Assembly: GCA_947632565.1 (NCBI GenBank)
Contig: CANRPT010000001.1
Coordinates: 19,585 to 83,584 of the forward strand
DNA length: 64,000 bases
Reading direction: 5' to 3'
DNA from: an uncultured Bacilli bacterium
GTDB taxonomy: Bacteria > Bacillota_I > Bacilli_A > RF39 > UBA660
In this document: positions 18,804 through 27,522 of the stretch, in pieces
Layout: the number at the start of each line of letters is the position of its first letter
Numbering within the stretch: position 1 is the first letter of the stretch
Program-made: the position numbers and the translations under genes
Notes under the pieces: generated by a model
What the model saw: the letters and a program-made list of their open reading frames with translations, nothing else
What the model was told of the DNA's origin: nothing
The model's database searches: none

Positions 18804-19145
18804 ATGAATATAAAGATTGATCAAGTAAAAATATTTGTAACGGTTCCTTTAAAAAATGTGGATGATGTTAGAAATGCTATATGCAAAGCTGGTGCTGGAA
18901 TTATTGGCAATTATTCTTTCTGTTCAACTTCTACAAAATCAATTGGTACTTTTTTACCTAATGATAATGCAAATCCCTATATCGGAACTAATAATCAATT
19001 AGAATTTGTGGAAGAAGAAAAATTAGAGGTTGTGTGTGATATTAAATTGGTAAAAAAAGTAATATCAGAACTTAGAAAAGTTCATCCCTATGAAGAACCT
19101 GCTATAGATATTATTCCTTTGATTGATGAGAATGACCTTCCTTAA
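18804..19145 (+). CDS. Small PII-fold protein related to the NIF3/YqfO insert domain (COG3323-like)
   Basis: 113 aa: KIFVTVP...VRNAICKAGAG..GNYS.C......G.F.P...ANPYIG......EE.KLEVV......V...L...HPYEEPA.DI. Family assignment is from memory only. Confidence 0.45.
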   Translation: MNIKIDQVKIFVTVPLKNVDDVRNAICKAGAGIIGNYSFCSTSTKSIGTFLPNDNANPYIGTNNQLEFVEEEKLEVVCDIKLVKKVISELRKVHPYEEPAIDIIPLIDENDLP

Positions 19146-19175
19146 CATTTTATTTATTTTCGATAGAGAGGTGAT

Positions 19176-20021
19176 ATGATGTTACAACAAAAAAGTTATG
19201 ATAATAGTCCTAGTTTGTATCTGATTCCAACACCAGTTGGAAATATGGAAGATATTACATTACGTAGTATTAATACTTTGAAAATGGTCGATTTATTACT
19301 TTGTGAAGATACTAGAGTTACTTCTGAATTATTACAGAAATTAAATATTAAGAAAAAACTTATTCATTCTGATGATCATAATGAAGATAGTTTGAAAGAA
19401 ATGGTACTTGCCAAACTACAAGAAGGACTGAATATTGGTCTTGTTACGGATCGAGGTACTCCTATTATTAGTGATCCTGGGTATAAAATAGTAGAATATG
19501 TTAGTAAAAATGGATTTCATGTTATTAGTTTACCTGGTCCTACTGCTTTTGTTCCCGCTTTAACAGCTTCTGGAATTTATCCAGCACCATTTTTATTTTA
19601 TGGATTTTTAAATAGTAAAGAATCTAAACGAAAGAAGGAACTTGAAAATTTAAAAAAATTACCTTATACTATCATTTTATATGAAGCACCTCATCGAATT
19701 ACAGCTATGCTTCAATCCTTATTGCAAGTATTTGGTAATCGAAGAATTGCTTTATGTAGAGAAATTAGTAAAAAATACGAAGAAATTCTTCGTGGAACAA
19801 CGGAAGAAATATTAGCAGTTTCTGATACCTTAAAAGGAGAAATGGTTGTTGTAGTAGAAGGAAATTTAGAGCAGGAAGACTATTCTAGTATGACTATTTT
19901 AGAACATATTGAACTTTATTTAGAAGATGGTCTTTCTGAGAAAGAAGCTATCAAAAAAGTAGCGATAGAAAGAAATCTTCCAAAATCAGTTGTTTATAAA
20001 GAATATCATATGGATCGATAA
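19176..20021 (+). CDS. rsmI: 16S rRNA (cytidine1402-2'-O)-methyltransferase RsmI
   Basis: LYLIPTPVGNMEDITLR, LLCEDTR, ISDPGY, YEAPHR. Confidence 0.93.
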   Translation: MMLQQKSYDNSPSLYLIPTPVGNMEDITLRSINTLKMVDLLLCEDTRVTSELLQKLNIKKKLIHSDDHNEDSLKEMVLAKLQEGLNIGLVTDRGTPIISDPGYKIVEYVSKNGFHVISLPGPTAFVPALTASGIYPAPFLFYGFLNSKESKRKKELENLKKLPYTIILYEAPHRITAMLQSLLQVFGNRRIALCREISKKYEEILRGTTEEILAVSDTLKGEMVVVVEGNLEQEDYSSMTILEHIELYLEDGLSEKEAIKKVAIERNLPKSVVYKEYHMDR

Positions 20022-20044
20022 AATTATTTCCCGGGAAATAATTT
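20021..20044. repeat. 24-bp CCCGGG palindrome, copy 3 of 3, overlapping the rsmI stop and abutting the IS110 element
   Basis: Exact copy followed by TTTTT, so terminator-like in both orientations. Confidence 0.9.
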
Positions 20045-20054
20045 TTATATGAAA

Positions 20055-21500
20055 AGTGTAGGTGACTAACTATTAGAAGTCAAGAGATTTTTGATAGAAA
20101 GTTATAAATTGGAAAGAAACCCACGCCAAAAAGATTTCACAAAAGTGAAATTTTGAAAAATTGAGGAATCAATTATTTCAATAAAGACGGATCAAAATCC
20201 ATGTTGTTTTTCTCAATAGAGTAAATAACTCTAATGAGTTTTTTACAAACATGAGATAAAGCAACACGATGACATTTACCTTCAGAACGTTTCTTAAGGT
20301 AATAGTCATAAAAAGTTGGTGAATATCTTAAAATGGACATTGCAGTATTCATAATAGAATATCTAAGATGACCAGAACCATGTTTAACCATCTTGCCATT
20401 AGATTGTAATGTGCCAGATTCTATAATACTAGGTTCAAGACCAGCAAAAGCTAACATTTTATTTGGACTAGAGAAATTAGAAATATCTCCATATTCAGAT
20501 AAAATAGAAGCAGCAGATATTTCACCTAATCCCGGAATGGATAACATTTTAGGATTTAGTTCTTTGATAATTGTTGAAATTTGTTTATCTATTGGATCAA
20601 TTTTATCATTAAAGTTGTGAATAAGAGAAACATAGGTAGAAATGAGTAAATCAGAATTATTATCATGATAACCAACCGAATTTTTAGCAAGTTCTTTTAA
20701 CTTAGCAAATTTGGTATAAGAAAATTTACCATGAGAAATTTTTCTTAAAGAATCATAATCTTTCATTAAAGCAATATGAGAATTATTCTTATACTTATCT
20801 AAAATAAATAAAAGAGTATCAGAAATTATATTGTTAAAAAAAGGTTTTAATTCAGGAAAAGACTTATCTAATTCATTCGTTAATAGAACTTGAAATTTAC
20901 TTCTTTCTTTAATTAATTGTTCTCTACTTCTACATAGTGACTTTAATGTATAAATGTTGTATAATAAATGCGAATTTGGTTTGTAAGGAACGGACAAGAG
21001 ATAACTAGCCACAGTAAGACTGTCTGCTTTATCTGTTTTAGTCCTACGTAAGCTGCGAGCTTTTAAAAACTGATGAATGACAAGAGGATTCATTTTCATA
21101 AATGAATAACCTTGATCAATCAAAAACAATTCCAAATTCAAAGAATAATGTCCAGTTGCTTCAAAAGCAATTCGGACATCGGATTTATTATAGGGTTTCA
21201 ATTGGTCCAAGAAATATTGAAATCCTTTTTTGTTGTTTTCAAAAGATGAATTTTCAACAATTACTTCACCTGCATTTGAGATAATACAGAAATCGTGTTT
21301 GTACTTTGATATATCAATACCAACAAAATATATCAATTATAAGCACCTCCTTAATTAGTTTTTTGCACTGATAAGTTTGCCACAAAGTTTCTAATCATGT
21401 AATCACGTAATTTAATAAAACATCGATTAGTAAAAGAACTAACGTGTTAACTAACTAATTAACAATTAAATTAAAAATCTGTGGTTTGAGTCACCTTCAA
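20055..21500 (-). mobile_element. IS110-family insertion sequence (boundaries approximate)
   Basis: Single DEDD-type transposase gene with non-coding ends of about 120 and 160 bp. There is only a weak 8-bp subterminal inverted match (AGGTGACT at 20060-20067, AGTCACCT at 21488-21495), consistent with IS110 elements lacking clear IRs. It interrupts otherwise plus-strand core synteny. Confidence 0.75.
20173..21336 (-). CDS. IS110-family transposase/recombinase (DEDD RuvC-like N-domain + Tnp C-domain)
   Basis: VGIDISKYKH, FEATGHYS, RTKTDKADS, and C-terminal IPGLGEISAASILSEYGD. An ATTTCAC/GTGAAAT hairpin lies downstream. Confidence 0.92.
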   Translation of the reverse strand: MIYFVGIDISKYKHDFCIISNAGEVIVENSSFENNKKGFQYFLDQLKPYNKSDVRIAFEATGHYSLNLELFLIDQGYSFMKMNPLVIHQFLKARSLRRTKTDKADSLTVASYLLSVPYKPNSHLLYNIYTLKSLCRSREQLIKERSKFQVLLTNELDKSFPELKPFFNNIISDTLLFILDKYKNNSHIALMKDYDSLRKISHGKFSYTKFAKLKELAKNSVGYHDNNSDLLISTYVSLIHNFNDKIDPIDKQISTIIKELNPKMLSIPGLGEISAASILSEYGDISNFSSPNKMLAFAGLEPSIIESGTLQSNGKMVKHGSGHLRYSIMNTAMSILRYSPTFYDYYLKKRSEGKCHRVALSHVCKKLIRVIYSIEKNNMDFDPSLLK

Positions 21501-21654
21501 CCAGTCCATAAAATTGGCTGTAATAAAATAGGAACAAATCCACAGTGCAATTTTTATTATACATCTAGATGTATAATAAAAAAATATAAATAGAAAGGGA
21601 TCAATCAATAAGAAATTAATTGATATTTCTATAAGATTGATTATACGTGATAAG

Positions 21655-22218
21655 ATGAAACTCATTGTTGGTTTGGGTAATCCAGGAAAAGAATATGAAA
21701 ATACAAGACATAATATTGGATTTCAAACACTGGATTTATTTGCGGAAAAATTAGGTGTTTCTATTTCTAAATCTAAATTTAATGGACTTTATACAGAAGT
21801 TTCTATTTTTTCCGAAAAAGTTATTTTATTGAAACCTCAATCTTATATTAATTTAAGTGGAGAAGTAATTCGTAAATTTATGGATTTTTATCAAATTCCT
21901 ATCGAAAATATTTTAATTATTCATGATGATTTAGATTTACCAGTAGGAATTTATAAAATTAAACAAAAGGGTTCTAGTGGGGGACATAATGGATTAAAAA
22001 ATATAGAACTTCATTTGAAAACACAAGAGTATAAAAGAATTAAAATTGGGATTTCTAATAATAAAGAGATGGATACCAAAGATTATGTTTTAGGAAAGTT
22101 ATCTGTTTCTGAACAAAAACAATTGCGAGAAGTACAAAATACGGTTTTAGATATATTAGATGATTATTTTCAACTTTCCTTTTTAGAATTAATGTCAAAA
22201 TATAATCATAATAGGTGA
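21655..22218 (+). CDS. pth: Peptidyl-tRNA hydrolase
   Basis: MKLIVGLGNPGKEYENTRHNIGF, GSSGGHNGLKNI. The ATG at 21655 is preferred over the upstream TTG. Confidence 0.95.
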   Translation: MKLIVGLGNPGKEYENTRHNIGFQTLDLFAEKLGVSISKSKFNGLYTEVSIFSEKVILLKPQSYINLSGEVIRKFMDFYQIPIENILIIHDDLDLPVGIYKIKQKGSSGGHNGLKNIELHLKTQEYKRIKIGISNNKEMDTKDYVLGKLSVSEQKQLREVQNTVLDILDDYFQLSFLELMSKYNHNR

Positions 22219-22222
22219 TAGA

Positions 22223-25200
22223 ATGAATTTTTTTGAACAGAAAATACCGACTAAAAATATTTCTCATATTGGTTTATCTGGTTTAACAGATGAGCTTTTT
22301 TGTCGTTATATTCATCAAGTATATTTAGACAATTCTAAATCCATTTTATTAGTTACATCTAGTTTGTTTGAAGCAAATCAGCTTTATAATGAGCTTTTGA
22401 ATTTACAAGAAAATGTTTATCTATTTCCTATGGATGATTTTTTAACTAGTGAAGCTATTGCTGTAAGTCCTGATTTAAAGGTAAATCGATTGGAAACTCT
22501 TCATTCTCTTATCGAAAATAAGCAAAGTATTGTGGTAACCAATCTTATGGGATATTTGAGATTTTTACCTTCTTGTTCTGTTTATCAAAAAAGCATCCAA
22601 ACCATTTCTGTCAATCAGGATTATGATCAAATGGAATTGGCCCGTTATTTGAGTCAAATAGGATATGAAAGAGAATCTATTGTTACGAAAACGGGTGAAT
22701 ATTCTGTTCGTGGATTTATTGTGGATGTTTTTCCAATAGGAGAAGATCATCCTGTTCGTTTTGAATTTTTTGGCGATACGATTGAATCGATTCGCTTCTT
22801 TGATGAAGATACCCAAAAATCTATTCATCCTATTCCTTCTATTACGTTATATCCTTATCATGAGTTTTTAATTGATAGTTCCGAAGAAATACCGGAAATG
22901 AAGCAAAAATATTTGAAAAATTATACCAAAGTAGTTTCCATTTTAGATTATTTAAAAGAACCCATTGTTTTTTATAAGGATATATCACAGTTAGAAGTAA
23001 GTTATCAGAATATTATGCAAGAAGTTTTAGAATATCATCAAGAAAAAGATCGTGATTTTGAAGGGGATTATATGTTTGATTTTCATGCTTTAAATCCTCA
23101 TTCTTTAAATCATTATTTAACTGTTGATAATCTTCTTTCTGATTCTTCTATTCAGATGTATAATTTAGAAGCAAAAGAAATTTCTTGTTTTCATGAAAAT
23201 ATTGAAGCTATTAATCATTTTTTACAAGAACAATTATATCTTAATAAGATGATTTTAATTTATTTAAAAGAAATTCAAGTGAAAAATTTTACTAAAGTAT
23301 TAGTTTCTCCTTATGTCATTACGGATGAAGAACATTTAGAAAAAGGAAGAATTAATATTATTTTGAAAACTATGAATAAAGGTTTTCTTTATCAAGATTA
23401 TGTGGTACTTACTGATAAAGAGTTATTTCATTATCAAATTCATCATAAAAAATATAAAACAAAATTTAAATATACTTCTAAGATTAAAGATTTAAATAAA
23501 TTAGAAATTGGAGATTATGTTGTTCATGCAGTTAATGGAATTGGGATTTATCAAGGAATTAAAACTTTAACTTATGGAAATCTTATCAAAGATTATATTG
23601 AGATTCATTACGCAGGAAATGACAAATTATATATTCCCGTTGAAAAAATTGATTTGATTAGTAAGTATTCTGGAAATGAAGGAGTTGTTCCTAAAATTAA
23701 TAAGTTAGGTGGTTCTGATTGGAATAAGGTAAAAGCTAGAGTTAAAAGTAAGATTCATGATATTGCTGGTCAGTTATTACATCTTTATGCGGAAAGAGAA
23801 ATGAAAGAAGGGTTTGCTTTTTCTAAAGATTCTGTTTTACAACAACAATTTGAAAATGCTTTTGAATATACGGAAACCAAAGATCAATTAATTGCAGCTA
23901 ACCAAATTAAAGAAGAAATGGAATCAAATCATCCCATGGATCGTCTTTTATGTGGCGATGTTGGTTATGGGAAGACAGAAGTTGCTTTTCGTGCTGTGTT
24001 TAAGGCAGTCATGGATTCTAAACAAGTTTTATACTTGTGTCCAACTACTATCTTATCAAATCAACAATATCAAAATGCTTTAGTCAGGTTTCGTGATTTT
24101 CCGGTTCATATTGGATTATTAAATAGATTCACAACTCCAAAAGAAAAAAATAGAATTTTAGAAGGATTAAAAGACGGAACAATGGATTTTGTGATAGGAA
24201 CGCATCGACTTCTTAGTAATGATATTCAACCAAAAGATTTAGGATTATTAATTATTGATGAGGAACAAAGATTTGGTGTTACGCATAAAGAGAAAATCAA
24301 ACAATATAAAAGTAATATTGATGTTCTTACTTTAACTGCAACACCAATTCCTAGAACTTTACAGATGTCTATGGTTGGTATTCGAAGTTTATCTTTAATT
24401 GAGACTCCGCCTGTTGATCGTTATCCTGTTCAGACTTATGTGATTGAAGAAAATAAACAAATTATAAAGGATGCTATTTATAAAGAGATTTCTAGAAATG
24501 GACAAGTATTTTTACTTTATAATCGGGTAGAAAGTATCGAAAGAAAAGTATTAGAAATTCAAAGCTTAGTACCAGAAGCAAGAATTGTTTATGCTCATGG
24601 ACAACTTTCTAAAGAGGAATTAGAGAGCAGAATGGATGCTTTTATTCATCAAGAATATGATGTTTTAATCTGTACTACGATTATTGAAACTGGTATTGAT
24701 ATTCCTAATGTAAATACTTTAATTATTTTAGATGCGGATCGATTTGGTTTAAGTCAGTTATATCAAATTCGTGGAAGAGTAGGACGTAGTAATAAAATTG
24801 CTTATGCTTATTTTATGTATCATCCCTCTAAAATTCTAACAGAGTCTGCTGTAAAAAGGTTAAATGCCATTAAAGATTTTACAGAACTTGGTAGTGGTTT
24901 TTCAATTGCTACTAGAGATTTATCTATTCGTGGGGCAGGAGATATCTTAGGAAGTGAGCAGGCTGGATTTATTGATAATGTTGGAATTGACTTATATTTA
25001 AAAATGTTACAGGATGAAATTAGTCGCTTAAAAGGAATAGAAGTAAAAGAAGATACATTAGTGAATGAAAAACCTCTTTTAAATGTTTCTACTCATATTT
25101 CTAATAATTATACAGAAGATGAAAATTTAAAAATTTCTATTCATAAAGAGATTAATACGATTGATTCTTTTGCTAAATTACGGGAAGTAAAATCAGATTT

Positions 25201-25519
25201 AGAGGATCGTTTTGGTACATTAGATGAAAGTGTTATTATTTATATGTATCAAGAATGGTTTGAAAAAATGGCTAAAGAATTAGAAATCGAAAAAGTAAAT
25301 CTTACTAGAAATTCTTTAGAATTGGTTTTTAGTAAAGAAATTACAAAAAAAATTGATGGAGAAAAATTATTTACGGATGCTTTCCACATTACTCCCATGT
25401 TTCGCTTTAAAATGGTAGCAGATCAACTTATTATCATTTTAGATACTATCAAGTTAGAAAAACATTATGTTTATTATTTAGTGGAATTACTCCAAAAAAT
25501 TGAATTAAAAAATAACTAG
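22223..25519 (+). CDS. mfd: Transcription-repair coupling factor Mfd
   Basis: 1098 aa. CarD-like region (GDYVVHAVNGIG), SF2 helicase motifs (GDVGYGKTEVA, DEEQRFG, TATPIPRT), TRG motif. Confidence 0.97.
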   Translation: MNFFEQKIPTKNISHIGLSGLTDELFCRYIHQVYLDNSKSILLVTSSLFEANQLYNELLNLQENVYLFPMDDFLTSEAIAVSPDLKVNRLETLHSLIENKQSIVVTNLMGYLRFLPSCSVYQKSIQTISVNQDYDQMELARYLSQIGYERESIVTKTGEYSVRGFIVDVFPIGEDHPVRFEFFGDTIESIRFFDEDTQKSIHPIPSITLYPYHEFLIDSSEEIPEMKQKYLKNYTKVVSILDYLKEPIVFYKDISQLEVSYQNIMQEVLEYHQEKDRDFEGDYMFDFHALNPHSLNHYLTVDNLLSDSSIQMYNLEAKEISCFHENIEAINHFLQEQLYLNKMILIYLKEIQVKNFTKVLVSPYVITDEEHLEKGRINIILKTMNKGFLYQDYVVLTDKELFHYQIHHKKYKTKFKYTSKIKDLNKLEIGDYVVHAVNGIGIYQGIKTLTYGNLIKDYIEIHYAGNDKLYIPVEKIDLISKYSGNEGVVPKINKLGGSDWNKVKARVKSKIHDIAGQLLHLYAEREMKEGFAFSKDSVLQQQFENAFEYTETKDQLIAANQIKEEMESNHPMDRLLCGDVGYGKTEVAFRAVFKAVMDSKQVLYLCPTTILSNQQYQNALVRFRDFPVHIGLLNRFTTPKEKNRILEGLKDGTMDFVIGTHRLLSNDIQPKDLGLLIIDEEQRFGVTHKEKIKQYKSNIDVLTLTATPIPRTLQMSMVGIRSLSLIETPPVDRYPVQTYVIEENKQIIKDAIYKEISRNGQVFLLYNRVESIERKVLEIQSLVPEARIVYAHGQLSKEELESRMDAFIHQEYDVLICTTIIETGIDIPNVNTLIILDADRFGLSQLYQIRGRVGRSNKIAYAYFMYHPSKILTESAVKRLNAIKDFTELGSGFSIATRDLSIRGAGDILGSEQAGFIDNVGIDLYLKMLQDEISRLKGIEVKEDTLVNEKPLLNVSTHISNNYTEDENLKISIHKEINTIDSFAKLREVKSDLEDRFGTLDESVIIYMYQEWFEKMAKELEIEKVNLTRNSLELVFSKEITKKIDGEKLFTDAFHITPMFRFKMVADQLIIILDTIKLEKHYVYYLVELLQKIELKNN

Positions 25520-25531
25520 AGTTCGTACTAG

Positions 25532-25753
25532 TTATTTTTTTGGATATGGCTTTTTTTGATTCGTTCTTCCTATTATATAGTCAACTGAAGTATTATAGAA
25601 TGTAGCCAATTTATCTAATCTGTCTATTGGCATTAATCTTATTCCTAATTCATATTCGCTGTATGCTTGTTGAGTTGTATTTAATAATTTCGCAATATCT
25701 TTTTGATATAAATCATGGTCTTCTCTTAAATCTTTTAATCGTTGAATATCCAT
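25532..25753 (-). CDS. XRE-family helix-turn-helix transcriptional regulator (73 aa)
   Basis: LYQKDIAKLLNTTQQAYSEYELG HTH. Divergent from the 25881 gene. Confidence 0.85.
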   Translation of the reverse strand: MDIQRLKDLREDHDLYQKDIAKLLNTTQQAYSEYELGIRLMPIDRLDKLATFYNTSVDYIIGRTNQKKPYPKK

Positions 25754-25806
25754 TTATTATCACACTCTTAATTTTATTTTACATACATTAAATTTTGTGT
25801 ATTGAT

Positions 25807-25828
25807 TATACATAATATTTTATGTATA
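25807..25828. promoter_or_regulatory. 22-bp palindrome in the divergent promoter region (candidate operator)
   Basis: TATACATAA-TATT-TTATGTATA: perfect 9-bp arms with a 4-bp spacer, between the XRE gene and 25881. Confidence 0.4.
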
Positions 25829-25880
25829 ATGATATTATGATATTCATCGTATATCAGTATTTTATGAAGTGGTGATTGAT

Positions 25881-27503
25881 ATGAAAAAAATATGGATATT
25901 TGTTCTTTTATTGATTGGAGTAGTTGTTTTAGGAATTGCTACCAGTTATGCGATGTTTATGATTCATATTACCAAAGACACAGAATTTAAAGTAGTAGTA
26001 GGAAATTTAGAGTTGTCTATTACTCCTTCTGATACCGAAGATAAAATTATCATGGATCAATTGGTACCAACACGAGATGAGGATGCTTTAAAAGAAGATG
26101 GTTATACATTCACCATTACTAATACTGGTACTATAGATAGTTATTATACTCTTTATTTAGATGATATTATGTTAGATTCTGAGAAAGAGAGATTGAAAGA
26201 TAGTTGGATTCGGATGAATTTATATAATCATCAATCAGAGATTAGTAATACAAAATATATGAGTGATTTTCTTCCTGAAAACGAAAAAAAATTGGATCAT
26301 GGAATTTTAAAAAAGGGAGAAAGTATTACTTATACATTAAGATTATGGTTAGCATATGAAGTAGGAAACGAAGCACAGGATAAGTATTATGCTACTCAGA
26401 TAAGGGTAGTTGGTGAACAGAAAAATTCAGTAGAATTACCATATGATGTTACACTGAATTTGCAAGAAGACAATTATCTTCCTAATTATACTGCGAATGG
26501 TACTGCTTATTTTCAGGATATTGTAATTACGGAAAGTGATAAGCTTATATTCTGTAATAATGGGGCTATTCCTAAAGAAAGTGATAATGGTGGAATTGAA
26601 GTTGGGAATGTTATTTCTGATACTTCCTGTAAAATTTTAGATTCTTTTCAAAAAATGGTAAATAGTATAGATGATAGTAAAAATCATATTTTATTATTAA
26701 ATGATATCGAAGAAAAACCTACAGAGGTTATTCAAGTTCGTAATAAAAATTTTGTTTTAGATTTAAATGGAAAAGTAATAATTTTTCGTCCACAGCATAC
26801 TTTAGATCGAATCATTCATTATTTTGATTCAGAAATCTTATTAGAAAGTAGTAAAGATTCTGGAGGGATGATTTTGGATGTAGGCAACTCTAAATTGTTT
26901 ACTGCATTTATGAGAATTCAACCTATTAATAGCCAAAAAAAATTTCAAATTAAGAGTGGGTATTATTTTTCTAATACAGCTAGTACATATCATGGAGTTA
27001 TTGAAGCTAGTGGTGCTAATTCAAAACCAGGTACTACTGTTATTGTTAATATTGATGGTGAAGTAGCTGATGCATGTACTAGTGATATTCATGATTATCA
27101 CACTGGGTTATGTATTTATGGATTAAACACATGTGCTTTAAAGAATAATGGTTCAGCTATCAATAATACTTTTAATATTAAAGGTGGAACTTTTTATGGA
27201 GGAAGCTTTGCTTATTTAACCGATGCTTCTGGAGGTAGTACTAATATATATGGAGGAAATTTTTATTCTAATAATTTTTCTATTGGGACTACTACTGATG
27301 ATAAGCAAACACAAATTAACATTTGTGGTGGAAATTTTTATGCACCAACTGATTTAAATTTAGATTCTAATACTATTCAAGTTCATTATCAAAATAATAA
27401 TAGAATTCATTGGTATCATCCGATGTCTCCTACTGTACTAGGAAAATATCCTGAAAATGTAATTTTAGATGAGGCAATGAATTGTGACACTTTTCAACAA
27501 TAA
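25881..27503 (+). CDS. Secreted TasA-like N-terminal domain protein with a Cys- and Gly-rich GG-x-FY repeat C-terminal module (540 aa)
   Basis: Signal/anchor MKKIWIFVLLLIGVVVLGIATSYAMF, then KDTEF...GNLELS and TFTITNTGTID. These resemble the TasA mature N-terminus (AFNDIKSKDATFASGTLDLS, FENNGSL, from memory). It is paralogous to 34952 and 35628 (shared LRLW/LRMW motif). C-terminal repeats: GGTFYGGSF, GGNFYSNNF, GGNFYAPTD. Confidence 0.5.
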   Translation: MKKIWIFVLLLIGVVVLGIATSYAMFMIHITKDTEFKVVVGNLELSITPSDTEDKIIMDQLVPTRDEDALKEDGYTFTITNTGTIDSYYTLYLDDIMLDSEKERLKDSWIRMNLYNHQSEISNTKYMSDFLPENEKKLDHGILKKGESITYTLRLWLAYEVGNEAQDKYYATQIRVVGEQKNSVELPYDVTLNLQEDNYLPNYTANGTAYFQDIVITESDKLIFCNNGAIPKESDNGGIEVGNVISDTSCKILDSFQKMVNSIDDSKNHILLLNDIEEKPTEVIQVRNKNFVLDLNGKVIIFRPQHTLDRIIHYFDSEILLESSKDSGGMILDVGNSKLFTAFMRIQPINSQKKFQIKSGYYFSNTASTYHGVIEASGANSKPGTTVIVNIDGEVADACTSDIHDYHTGLCIYGLNTCALKNNGSAINNTFNIKGGTFYGGSFAYLTDASGGSTNIYGGNFYSNNFSIGTTTDDKQTQINICGGNFYAPTDLNLDSNTIQVHYQNNNRIHWYHPMSPTVLGKYPENVILDEAMNCDTFQQ

Positions 27504-27522
27504 AAAATAGCTGGTTTCCTAG

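Noticed and set aside
20060-21495. 8-bp inverted match AGGTGACT / AGTCACCT as terminal inverted repeats of the IS
   Set aside because: An 8-mer match between two ~150-bp flanks is close to chance expectation, and IS110 elements typically lack IRs. It is used only as a rough boundary guide.
21471-21665. 64-aa minus-strand ORF between the IS110 element and pth
   Set aside because: Low-complexity hydrophobic translation with no RBS. It spans the IS end and the pth promoter and start, so it is most likely spurious.
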